Positions 1-9,686 of a stretch of DNA of 64,000 nucleotides are shown here, piece by piece (position 1 is the first letter of the stretch; every line of letters begins with the position of its first letter). Both the position numbers and the translations under genes were made by a program. The stretch is from positions 288,001-352,000 of the forward strand of contig CAWFAK010000016.1 of NCBI GenBank assembly GCA_963813715.1. Reading direction: 5' to 3'. Below the pieces are notes generated by a model, which saw only the letters and a program-made list of their open reading frames with translations, had not been told where the DNA came from and did no database searches. This stretch comes from an uncultured Planctomycetaceae bacterium. GTDB taxonomy: Bacteria; Planctomycetota; Planctomycetia; Planctomycetales; Planctomycetaceae.

Positions 1-511
1 GGTTGTACCACGCGCGGGTGGAGACCGTGAGCGGCGGATTGCCCTGGCCGTGGGCCTTCCGCCAGTCGGAATTAAAGCCGTCGAGAATCACGGTGAGGTA
101 ACCGGTCGCGGTGGCGGCCGTGTTCGAGTTGCGGCCGTCGGCGATGACCTGCACGTCGGCCCCCAGCCCCGTTTCCAGTCGCCGCTCGAAATCCTGCTCG
201 AACTGAATGGCGAGGAGCGCCTGCCGCTCGTCGATGGCCGCCTTGAGGTCTTCCTGGCGGGCGAGGTTGGCGACGCGATGAAAGATGCCCGTGCCGTCGA
301 GGGCCGCCAGAAAATCGCGCGACGTGTGGCTGCGATCCTGATCGAGGACGACGTACGGAACGTCGAACAGGTCGTAGGTGGCCGCGTAGCCGAAGACGAA
401 GCATTGAATCATCGGCGGCGCGATCAGCGTGAACCGGCCGCGCGGATCCTTGAGGACGGCGATCAGCTCTTTCCGCGTCAGAGCCAGAATTCGCAAGAGC
501 GAAGCAAACAT
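1..511 (-). CDS. ABC-2 transporter permease (YbhR-like), runs off window start
   Basis: Own translation from ATG at 511: MFASLLRILALTRKELIAVLKDPRGR...FGYAATYD...QVIADGRNSNTA...RAWYN. Follows the YbhS-like permease. Confidence 0.88.
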   Translation of the reverse strand, partial: MFASLLRILALTRKELIAVLKDPRGRFTLIAPPMIQCFVFGYAATYDLFDVPYVVLDQDRSHTSRDFLAALDGTGIFHRVANLARQEDLKAAIDERQALLAIQFEQDFERRLETGLGADVQVIADGRNSNTAATATGYLTVILDGFNSDWRKAHGQGNPPLTVSTRAWYN

Positions 512-536
512 GGTCGACAATCTCTCGGAAAACCGA

Positions 537-1724
537 TCAGGCGAGACGCTTTCGCGTCACTCCCCGCGTCAAAATCGCCAAAACGGCCGTCATGGCGACG
601 AGCATGGCTGCGTTGGGGACGATCACCGGCCACACGTCGCCGGCCAAAAAAACTGTTTGCAAGAGCGCCACGTAGTACCGGGCCGGCAGCGCGTACGTGA
701 CCAATCGCAGGGCCGCCGGCATGCTGCGGATGTCGAATAGAAAGCCGGAGAGCATCATGGCCGGCAGGAACGTGACGAGCAGGGCCAGCTGGCTCGCCAC
801 GAACTGGCTTTTCACCAGCGAAGAGATCAACAGGCCGATGCCCAGCGAGACGAGGAGATACAACATTGACGCACCGGTGAGTACCCAGAGCGAACCGCGG
901 ATCGGCACGTGGAACAGGAACTTGGCTGCCAGCACGCACAGCACAAAGCCGACCAGCCCGAGCAGAAAATACGGGATCGTTTTGCCGAGCAAAATTTCGT
1001 CGGAGCGGACGGGCGTGACGAACAGGGCCTCGAGCGTGCCGTGCTCCCATTCGCGGGCCATCACGAGCGCGGTGAGCATCGCCCCGATCAGCGTCATCAC
1101 CAGCACGATCAGTCCGGGCACGAGGAACCAGCGGCTCTCGTTGGCCGAGTTGAACCAGAGCTGGCTTTGAATGTTGATCGGCCCGGCGACGACCGGTTCG
1201 CCCGCGGCCGCCCGCCGTGCCAGGTATTCGCCGATGGCTGCCTCGGCGTAGCCCTGCATGATGCGGGCCCGATTGGCGTCGGTGCCGTGAACGAGAATCT
1301 GGACTTCGGCGTTTCCCAGCGCGAGCCGCCGGGAGAAATCCGATTGCACGTGCAGGATGCCGTCGACCTTGCGGTTGAGCATCAGCTCGCGGGCCTCGAC
1401 CATCGAATTGACGTAGCGGGCGACGAAGTATCGCGAGAGTTGGAAGCCGGCGGCCATTTCCGTGGCGTCGGCCGAGCGATCGTCGATGACCAGCGCCACC
1501 CGCACGTCTTTCACATCGAGCGACAGGCCGTAGCCGAAGAGCAAAATCAAAATCACGGGCAAGACGACGCCGATGGCGATGCTGCTCGGATCGCGGACGA
1601 CCTGTCGTCCCTCTTTGCGAACGAGCGAAGCGATGCGACGCAGCTTGCCGCCGCGGTGCGGTGCCCGGTCTTTCGCTTGTTTTGGCGATGGGCGGCGCTC
1701 TGCCGGCGCGGCGTCGTCGTTCAT
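537..1724 (-). CDS. ABC-2 transporter permease (YbhS-like)
   Basis: KEGRQVVRDP, LFGYGLSLDV, AREWEHGTLEALFVTP, LSGFLFDIRSMP; multiple TM segments. Confidence 0.92.
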   Translation of the reverse strand: MNDDAAPAERRPSPKQAKDRAPHRGGKLRRIASLVRKEGRQVVRDPSSIAIGVVLPVILILLFGYGLSLDVKDVRVALVIDDRSADATEMAAGFQLSRYFVARYVNSMVEARELMLNRKVDGILHVQSDFSRRLALGNAEVQILVHGTDANRARIMQGYAEAAIGEYLARRAAAGEPVVAGPINIQSQLWFNSANESRWFLVPGLIVLVMTLIGAMLTALVMAREWEHGTLEALFVTPVRSDEILLGKTIPYFLLGLVGFVLCVLAAKFLFHVPIRGSLWVLTGASMLYLLVSLGIGLLISSLVKSQFVASQLALLVTFLPAMMLSGFLFDIRSMPAALRLVTYALPARYYVALLQTVFLAGDVWPVIVPNAAMLVAMTAVLAILTRGVTRKRLA

Positions 1725-3564
1725 GCGGCCCCTCCCTGCCGTTCTGCCGTATTGCCGTTCTGCTTACCGTTGTGGTTGCCCGAGCGGGCCTCTTCGACGA
1801 TGGCAATGAAGGCGTCTTCCATGTTCGCCGGACGACCCGGTTCGGGATGGGCGTGACGGCGGACTTCGGCCGGCGTTCCCTGCGCGAGCACCTGGCCCGC
1901 ATCGAGAATGGCAATCCGGTCGCAGTACTCGGCCTCTTCCATAAAGTGCGTGGTGATGATGACGGTCACGCCCTGGCGGGCGAGTGCCGTGATGCGTTGC
2001 CAGAATTCGCGGCGGGCCAGTGGGTCGACGCCGCTGGTCGGCTCGTCGAGGAACAGGGTGTCGGGCTCGTGCAGGAGCGCGGCCGCCATCGAAAGCCGTT
2101 GCTTGAAGCCGCCGGGCAGTTGGCCGCTGGTCAAGCGCGAGAGTGACTTGAGCTCGAACTGATCGAGGGCCCATTCGATTCGCTCGCGTTTGCGCCGTCC
2201 ACGCAGGCCGTAGGCGCTGCCGTAAAAGTCGAGGTTCTGGATGACGGTCAACTGGCCATAGAGCGAGAATTTTTGGGCGACGTAGCCGATCCGCTCGCGA
2301 GCCGAGGCGCGGGCGTGTCGCAAATCGACCCCCGCCACGCGGAGCGTGCCGCCGCTCGCCGGTAACAAGCCGCAGAGCATGCGAAAGGTGGTGGTCTTGC
2401 CCGCCCCGTTCGGGCCGAGCAAGCCGAAGATCTCACCCCGATGCACCTCGAAGCTGACGTGATCGACGGCCGTAAACGTGCCGAAACGACGGACCAGATC
2501 GTGAACTTCGACGACCGCTTCGTGGCTGTCCCGCGGAATGGCGTGGGCCAGCGTCATCGCCCCGGCGGCGAAACTGTGCGCCGGCACGGCCTGCCGCAAG
2601 AGGATCATAAAGCCATCCTCGAAGCGGGGCTCGACGGGCCGCACATGCGCACGGCGGAGCGTTTCGCTCTCGTCCGACGGGCGTGCTCGCTTCGGCCACG
2701 ACCAACCGCACTTCCCCTCCTTCGGGCAGTGCGTCGACCACGCGGGCATCGCCCAGGAGCGCGGCCTGCAGCTCGCGCGCCGGCTCGCCCGCAGGTGGCT
2801 CGGCGAGGAACGTGCGGCCGGCCGCGATGCGACTGATTTCGGCAGGCGGCCCCTGCGCCAGCACCTTTCCCTGATGCATGACGACGACTTTTTGGCAGCG
2901 TTCCGCTTCGTCCAGGTAGGTCGTGCTGGTGAGCACCGTCTGCCCGTTCTCTTGAACGAGTTGCAGAATGATCTCCCACAATTCGCGTCGCGACAGCGGA
3001 TCGACGCCGACGGTCGGCTCGTCCAAGAGCAGCAGGGCCGGCTCGCGGATCAACGTGCAAGCGAGCCCCAGCTTTTGCTTCATGCCGCCCGACAACTGGC
3101 CGGCCAAGCCGCTTGGTGAAGCGGCCGAGGTTGGTCATCTCCATCAGTTGGGCGTAACGCGTCCGCCGCTCGTCGCGGGTGACGCCGTGCAGATCGGCGT
3201 AGAGGTCGAGGTTTTCCTGAACCGTCAAATCCTCGTAGAGGCCGAAGCGTTGCGGCATGTAGCCGATGCGGTCCTGCACGTTCTGCGGGTGCGTGTGGAC
3301 GTCGAAGCCCAGCACCTCGAGCTGGCCCGATTCCGCGAACATCAGCCCGGCGGCCAGTCGCATGAAGGTCGTCTTGCCGGCGCCGTCGGGCCCGACGAGC
3401 GCGGCCAGCATGCCCGGCGCAAGCTCGAAATCGAAACCCTCGAGGGCCTGCACCGGCTCGCCCGTCTCGCGGCGAAATGATTTCGAGATGCCGCGGGCGA
3501 CGAGCACGGGTGAATCGTGCACCGGTGAGTTTTCTTGCGACGAATTTTGCGGCGCATCGCTCAC
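1721..3564 (-). CDS. Double ABC ATPase (YbhF-like), two apparent frameshifts (~3110, ~2685)
   Basis: Two Walker A motifs (GPDGAGKTT, GPNGAGKTT), signatures LSGGMKQK and LPGGFKQR, LDEPT twice, spread over three ORF pieces. GTG start overlaps the upstream TGA. Confidence 0.88.
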
Positions 3565-4647
3565 GGAGCGTCCTTCGCCGTCCCAGACTTCGGCTGGGGC
3601 TTGGGCTCGGCCGCGGCATCTGTCGACGAAGAAGCGTGACGGCGCGTCTTTGCCCGCGAGCGGCAAGTGCACGGTGGCCGGCATCCCCAGCGGCAGCTCG
3701 TTCTTGGGGTCTTTCACGAAGGCCCGCACTTCGTAAACCAGGCTCGTGCGAAGCTCTTCGGTTTGCACCGATTTCGGCGTGAACTCGGCGATCGGCGAGA
3801 TGAAGCCGATCCAGCCCTCGAACGTGCGGTTGGGGAAACTATCGACCTCGATCGTGGCCGGCATGCCTTCGCGGACCTTGCCCAGGTTGATCTCCGACAC
3901 GTAGGCCCGCACCCACTTCGGATCGATGACGGCCAGCGAGAAGACGGGCTTGGTGGGAGAGGCCATGTCGCCGGGCTCCATCAGCCGCGTGCGGACGATC
4001 GAATCGGCCGGGGCGAGGAGCTGCGCGTCGACGAGCTGCTGCCGCAGGTAGGCCAACTGCGCCTCGTCGGCTTTGAGACGCGCCTCGTTCTCCGCGACTT
4101 CTTCTTTGCGCGGGCCGAGGACCGACAGCTCAAGCGCTTTGTTCAGTGCGTCGAGCCGCGCGTCGGCGGTTTCGGCGGCCGCCTTCGCGTTGTCGACGTC
4201 CTGCTGGCTGATCGCCTCCCCCTTCGACTGCTTCGAGAGATTCGTCATCCGGTTGTATTGGATGTGGGCGTTTGCCGCGTCGGCCTTGGTCGCCTCCATG
4301 TTGGCCTTGGCCTGCGCGATTTCTTCCGGCCGACTGCCGTGATGGAGTCGATCGACCACGGCTCGCTGCGCGTTGACGGTGGCCTCGACCTGGGCGACTT
4401 GCGGCTGAATCCGCCGGGTATCGACGCGGGCCAGCAGCTGCCCCTTCTTCACGCGGTCCCCCTCTTGGACGAGAACCTCGGTGATCCGCTCGTTGTTGTT
4501 GAACGCCAACTGCACCTGGCGGAGGTCGAGATTTCCGAAGAGCTTGAGCTCGGTGGCGGAGCTTTCGCGCTGATTGAGCCACCAGGTCGCGCCGGCCGCG
4601 GCGCCGATGACCAGGATCAACAGGACGAACAGCCCCACCCGTCTCAT
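3561..4647 (-). CDS. HlyD-family membrane fusion protein (YbhG-like), apparent frameshift near ~3630
   Basis: N-terminal TM, lipoyl-like hairpin VQEGDRVKKGQLL, AEFTPKSVQTEELRTSLVY. Likely stop TGA at 3561-3563. Confidence 0.88.
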
Positions 4648-4884
4648 CGCTTACCCCTCGGTCCCGAAAGGCGACTTCCCGAATGAATGTGCCGGCATCG
4701 CGCAATGCGGCTCGACGCTCCCGGTCCCAGCAACCGGATGCGAAAGATCCACCGCCGGCACGTCCGCCGATCGGAATGTCGCGGACGGCAAAGCGAATGT
4801 CCAGCGGGGGGCGACGTCGCGGGGTCAGATCGCGCAAGCGACTTCGCTGGGGGCGCGCAGACGCTCGACAAGAGTACGGCCGAA

Positions 4885-5319
4885 TCAGGCGCGGCCGTGG
4901 ATGTACTCGGTCATCACGTGGATCGTGACTTCCTGGCTGTGAGCCTCGTAGGCGTTCAGGTCGCCGATCGAAATCACGCCATGCAGACCTTCGTCGTCGA
5001 CCACGGGCAGGTGGCGGACGCGGCGGTCCTTCATCACGGACCGCGCTTCGTCGATCGTCGTGTGAAGCTGGCAGCAGAGAATTTCGGTCGTCATCACGTC
5101 TTCGACGGGAGTTTTGCCGGCGTCACGCTGTTCGGCCAGCACCCGCTGCAGCAGGTCGCGTTCGGTAATGATGCCGACGACGCGGTCGCCGTCCAGCACC
5201 ATCAGCGAGCCCACTTTCTGCTGGTTCATCGCCACGGCGGCATCCAGTGCGCTCTCGCGCGGGCCGATCGTCGCCACTCCGGGATTCTTGTGCGAAAGGA
5301 TTTCGCGAACGGTACACAT
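4885..5319 (-). CDS. CBS-domain pair protein
   Basis: VGIITERDLL, RVRHLPVVD, GVISIGDL. Confidence 0.9.
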   Translation of the reverse strand: MCTVREILSHKNPGVATIGPRESALDAAVAMNQQKVGSLMVLDGDRVVGIITERDLLQRVLAEQRDAGKTPVEDVMTTEILCCQLHTTIDEARSVMKDRRVRHLPVVDDEGLHGVISIGDLNAYEAHSQEVTIHVMTEYIHGRA

Positions 5320-5468
5320 CGACGACTCCTTTTCAGCGAACGACCCGCAGCTACAATCAGGCTCGTCCCGCCGTCATGCATCCACGGCCGGACTCGGTCA
5401 ACAGCCGGATTCAGTAAACAGCGCCAACATCGGCAAGTCAAAAGGAAACTGCGCGACGTCCGCGTGAT

Positions 5469-6050
5469 ATGCAACGAATTTCGATCATCGGCACGACCGG
5501 CTCTGGAAAAACCACGCTCGCGGCTGAGCTCGCGCGAAATTTGGGGATCGTCCATATCGAGCTGGATGCGTTCAATTGGCGCCCCGGCTGGCAGGCCGTT
5601 CCGACGGATGTCTTTCGGCGGGACGTCGAGACCGCTCTCGCCGCCCCCCAATGGGTGACTGACGGCAACTATCATTCCGTTCGCGATCTCGTGTGGGAAC
5701 GGGCAGACTGCATAGTCTGGCTGGACTATCGCTTGCCGCTCATCCTGACTCGGCTGATCCGGCGAACGGCCCGGCGAATTGTTTACCGGGAGCGCTGCTG
5801 CAACGGCAATCGCGAAAACCTGCGGCTGCTCCTGTCCCGCGACTCGATCATTCTCTGGGCGCTCACGACGCACGGCCGCCGACGCCGCGAGTGTCCGGAA
5901 CTGCTGCGGCAGTGTGCCGATCAGGGAAAGACCGTGGTGATTCACCGCTCGCCGACGGAGACGCGAACGTGGGTCGACGCCCTGCGGCGAGGCGCGAGCC
6001 GGTCGTTCCGTCAGCCTGATCCGGCCTGGTGCTGCGCCAATGCGCCGTAG
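5469..6050 (+). CDS. P-loop adenylate-kinase-like / FlaR-family protein
   Basis: GTTGSGKTT, WVTDGNY, ADCIVWLD. Confidence 0.85.
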   Translation: MQRISIIGTTGSGKTTLAAELARNLGIVHIELDAFNWRPGWQAVPTDVFRRDVETALAAPQWVTDGNYHSVRDLVWERADCIVWLDYRLPLILTRLIRRTARRIVYRERCCNGNRENLRLLLSRDSIILWALTTHGRRRRECPELLRQCADQGKTVVIHRSPTETRTWVDALRRGASRSFRQPDPAWCCANAP

Positions 6051-6147
6051 GGCAAGGTGCCTGCCAGCTTGCCCGCTGATCACCAGTCCCCGATTTCCAA
6101 AGCCCTATGAATCCCGAGACATGGGGCAAGCTGGCAGCTTGTCCTAC
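6047..6147. repeat. GTAG-type REP doublet (REPIN-like inverted pair)
   Basis: GTAGGGCAAGGTGCCTGCCAGCTTGCCC (6047-6074) and inverted GGGCAAGCTGGCAGCTTGTCCTAC (6124-6147), each internally palindromic, between convergent genes. Confidence 0.75.
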
Positions 6148-6215
6148 GGGCGGACACCGAACCGGCAGCGCGAACTTGGTATGCCTCCCGCACACGGGTC
6201 TTGAGGCAAAGCCCC

Positions 6216-7632
6216 TCAGTCCCCCAGCGTCGATTTGCGCCGCAGGATGTGATGGTAGTGCTGGGCGAAGCGGTGGGCTTCGTCGCGGACGTACTGCAAC
6301 AGCCGCAGGGCGTAGGAATGACGCGAAAGGCGTCGCGGCTCGGCTTCCCCGGGCACGAAGATTTCCTCCTCCTGTTTGGCCAGCGAGACGACGAGCGGCG
6401 GCTTGACGCCGATCGCCTCGAGCGCGGCCATCGCGGAGCTGAGCTGCCCCTTGCCGCCGTCGACCAGCAGGATGTCGGGCAGCGATTCGCCCTCTTTGGA
6501 CAGGCGGAGAAAGCGGCGGCTGACCACTTCCCGGATCGAGGCAAAGTCGTCGACCCCCTGGACGCTGCGGATCTTGTAGCGTTTGTAGCCGTGCTTGAAG
6601 GGCAGCCCGTCGATGAACTGCACCAGGCTGGCCACGGTCTCGCCCCCCTGCAGATGGGCGATATCGACCCCCTCGATGCGGCGGGGCAGCTGTTGCAGGT
6701 CGAAGATCTTTTTCAGCCCGGCCATCCCCTTCTTGGGATCGATGTAAAAGACTTCCGGCTGCACGTCCTCGTCGAGCTTGCCCCGCAGGCTCGAGGTTGT
6801 CGAGCGCCTGGATTTCGTCGCGGATGCGGGCCGCCTTCTCGAATTTCAGCTCCTTGGAGGCCAGCTCCATCTCGGCCTTCATTTCCTTCAGCAGCCGCTT
6901 CTTCTTGCCGTCGAGGAACAACAGCAGGCGGCGGATGTTCCGCCGATACTCTTCGCGGCTGATGCGGAAGTTGCAGGGGGCCGTGCACTGGTTGATGTTG
7001 TAGAGCAGGCACGGTCGAAACCAGCGCCAGCGTTCGTCCTCGTCGGCGATGTCGAGCGAGCAGGTGCGAAAGCGAAAAATTTTCTGCAAAACGGCGATGG
7101 CCGCCCGCAGCTTCTTGGCATTCGTGAACGGGCCGTAGAGTTTTGTGCCGCGGGGCCGGGGCTTCCGCGTGAATTCGACCCGCGGATACTCCTCCCGCAC
7201 GCGAATCTCGAGGTACGGGAAGGTTTTGTCGTCCTTCAACTCCTGGTTGAAGCGGGGCTGCACGTCCTTGATCAGCCGGGCTTCGAGCAAGAGCGCGTCG
7301 ACTTCGCTTTCGGTCTCGATGAAGTCGACGGCCCGGATTTCCGGGACCAGGTTGGCGGTGCGAATGTCTTCGGCCGCCGCCGAGTTGAAATAGCTGGAGA
7401 CGCGACTGCGGAGGTTGACCGCCTTGCCGACGTAAATCACGCGGCCGAGCACGTCCTTCATCAGGTAGACGCCCGAGCCGGTCGGCAAGGACCGAATCCG
7501 CTCGCGCAGCTCCGTCCCGCCGGCTTCGGTCGGTACCGGGTCGCTCGGTACCTCGTCAATCGGCAGCTGGTCGATCGGTGACGGATCGATCGGCAACTGG
7601 TCGTCGGCCGGTTCGGCTGGTTCTTGAGACAA
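6216..7632 (-). CDS. uvrC: Excinuclease ABC subunit C (compact form), apparent frameshift ~6790; start uncertain
   Basis: GIY-YIG (GVYLMKD...IYVGKAVNLRSRVSSYF), Cys cluster, UVR motif FEKAARIRD, RIEGVDIAH, PDILLVDGGKGQ, RDEAHRFA. Confidence 0.92.
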
Positions 7633-7747
7633 CTCCGCACATCCCTTCGCGGCACGCGCGGCCGCTTCCCGAATTTTAGGCGGATACGGCAAGGGTGCCA
7701 GAGCGGCCGGGGTGTTCGCTGGGCCCCAGCGTTTTTGTGAGCGGCGA

Positions 7748-8161
7748 TCAGTTGCGGTCGACGTCGATCTCGCGGGGTGGCCGAGGTCGCGGCGTCGGCC
7801 GCAGGAAGGCGCCCGCGATCATCAGGACGACAGCCGCCGGCAGCAAGAATCGCAGCGGAAAGCGGATGGCCAGGCCCACGATCATGACGGCGGCGACCGA
7901 GCGGGGGTTGAGGTTGGACCAGGCCGACTTCCGGGTGCCGGTCGGCAGGGCCAGCCACAGGGCGGCCATCACGGCGCCGACCCGCCCGCAGGCGCCTCGC
8001 CACATCACCGTCGCCTGGCTGGTCGACACGCCCGGCAGAATCCAAAGCAAGAACGCCGCCGTCAGCAGGCCCACGGCGACCAGCCCAACGAGCAACCGCC
8101 GCATGGCCGCGTCTGAGTTGTCCATAGTCTGGATTATTGCGGGACGGGCGGGCTCGGCCAA
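7748..8161 (-). CDS. Hypothetical membrane protein
   Basis: Several hydrophobic segments; co-oriented upstream of uvrC. Confidence 0.65.
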   Translation of the reverse strand: MAEPARPAIIQTMDNSDAAMRRLLVGLVAVGLLTAAFLLWILPGVSTSQATVMWRGACGRVGAVMAALWLALPTGTRKSAWSNLNPRSVAAVMIVGLAIRFPLRFLLPAAVVLMIAGAFLRPTPRPRPPREIDVDRN

Positions 8162-8329
8162 TCGACCGACGTCGATCGACAGGAGAGAGTGCGACCGGTT
8201 GTGAGTCTGCGCGGCCGCGGCGACGCGGCTTGCCCAAATTCAGCGGATCGCCAAGCGCTCTTCTCTTAAATTCGAGCGCGAACTACACTTCCCGCGCCTG
8301 GGATAGCGGGAAAAGGGAGGTTCCCCGGT

Positions 8330-9686
8330 ATGGCTTTTGCGCCTCTGCGCTTTCTTCACGCGGCCGATGCGCGCCTCGATCAGGCGATTGGGGAAATCCC
8401 CAAGTTGCCGTCTCGGCTGGCCTCAATCGTCCAAGACGCGACGCGGGCCGCCTTCGACCGTCTCATCGGTTTGGCCACCGAACACGAAGTCGATTTTGTC
8501 CTGCTGGCGGGTAACACGTTCGTCGAGGCCGACAAAAGCCTCGCCGCTCGCCTAGCCTTGCTCGATGCGTTCGAGCAGCTCAACCGCAGCGACATCCGGG
8601 CGCTTGTGCTGCCGGGGCCGCTCGACCCGCTCGACGCCTGGCGACAAATCCCCGACTTGCCCGAAAATGTCACGCTGCTGGAGGGCGGGCCCAGGGGGGT
8701 GGTGGCCGTCAAACGCGACGATAAAGTCGTCGCCCGCGTCGGGACTGAGCTGGTAATGCCGGCCCGCAAGAAGGCCCGCACGCTCCGCGACGAGCTGCGT
8801 TCGGCCAGCCAACGCGCCGTCCCCTTCAAGATCGGCGTCCTCGCGTCCGGCGGCGAGCTCGACGACGCGACTCTGCAAGACTGGTATCCCGAAGGGCAGC
8901 CCAACGTCGCCGCGTTCGGCACGAACCACGACGCTAGGTCCGCGAATTCAGACGCTGCCGGCGCAGGGCGGTCGGGTCGTCGCCGTCGACTACGTCGCGC
9001 TCGGCGGCGGCTCGGCGCGGCGCACGTTGGCCCGACGACGCGGCATCGCCCACGATCCCGGACCGCTGCAAGGTCGTGGTCCCCAGCAGTCGGGACCACG
9101 CGGCTGCACGCTGGTCACGGTCGAAGCGGACGGCACGCTCCGCTGCGACTTTCTGCCGGCGGCTTCGGTCCGCTGGGAGCAGTTTGTCGTCGAAGTGCCG
9201 TCCCCCTTTGATCGCGCGGCCCTGTTGGCGGGTTGCCGGCCGCACCTCGACGGACTGCGGCCGGAAGCCTGCGAAAACGCCTGGATCTTTCATTGGATTC
9301 TCCGCGGCAGCCACCCGGCGATCGACGCGCTCGAAGACGAGCCGGTTCTGCGGCAACTACGGCAAGAACTAGCCGATGCGACGGCCGTGCCGAGCGCTGC
9401 CGACGCCGCGCACCACCTCACCGTCGAGGCGATCGTCGAAGCGAACGACCGGTCCGACACCGTCGATCCGTTGCAGGCGGACTTCGTCGAGGCCCTGGTT
9501 TCGTGCCACCGCGCGTCGCCCGACTTGTTCCGTGCGTGCGTCGACGAGCTCCGCGTCACCGACGCCCAGTGGGCCGACCGACTTGCGGGCCTGTTGGACG
9601 ACGTGAACCTGCCGGCGATCACGACGCAGGCCGAACAGATTGGGCAGCAGCTCTTTCGCGTCGCGGCGTCAGGAGCCGCTCGATGA
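8330..9686 (+). CDS. YhaO/SbcD/Mre11-like metallophosphoesterase-fold protein with degenerate metal ligands, apparent frameshift ~8970
   Basis: RFLHAADARLD, VDFVLLAGN, DYVALGG, HDPGPLQGR...GPRGCTLV. ATGA overlap with the downstream ATPase. Confidence 0.82.

Noticed and set aside
2605..4647. Apparent HlyD-ABC ATPase fusion (680 aa ORF)
   Set aside because: A GTGA stop/start overlap at 3561-3564 and garbled sequence just before it indicate an indel joining two normal genes.
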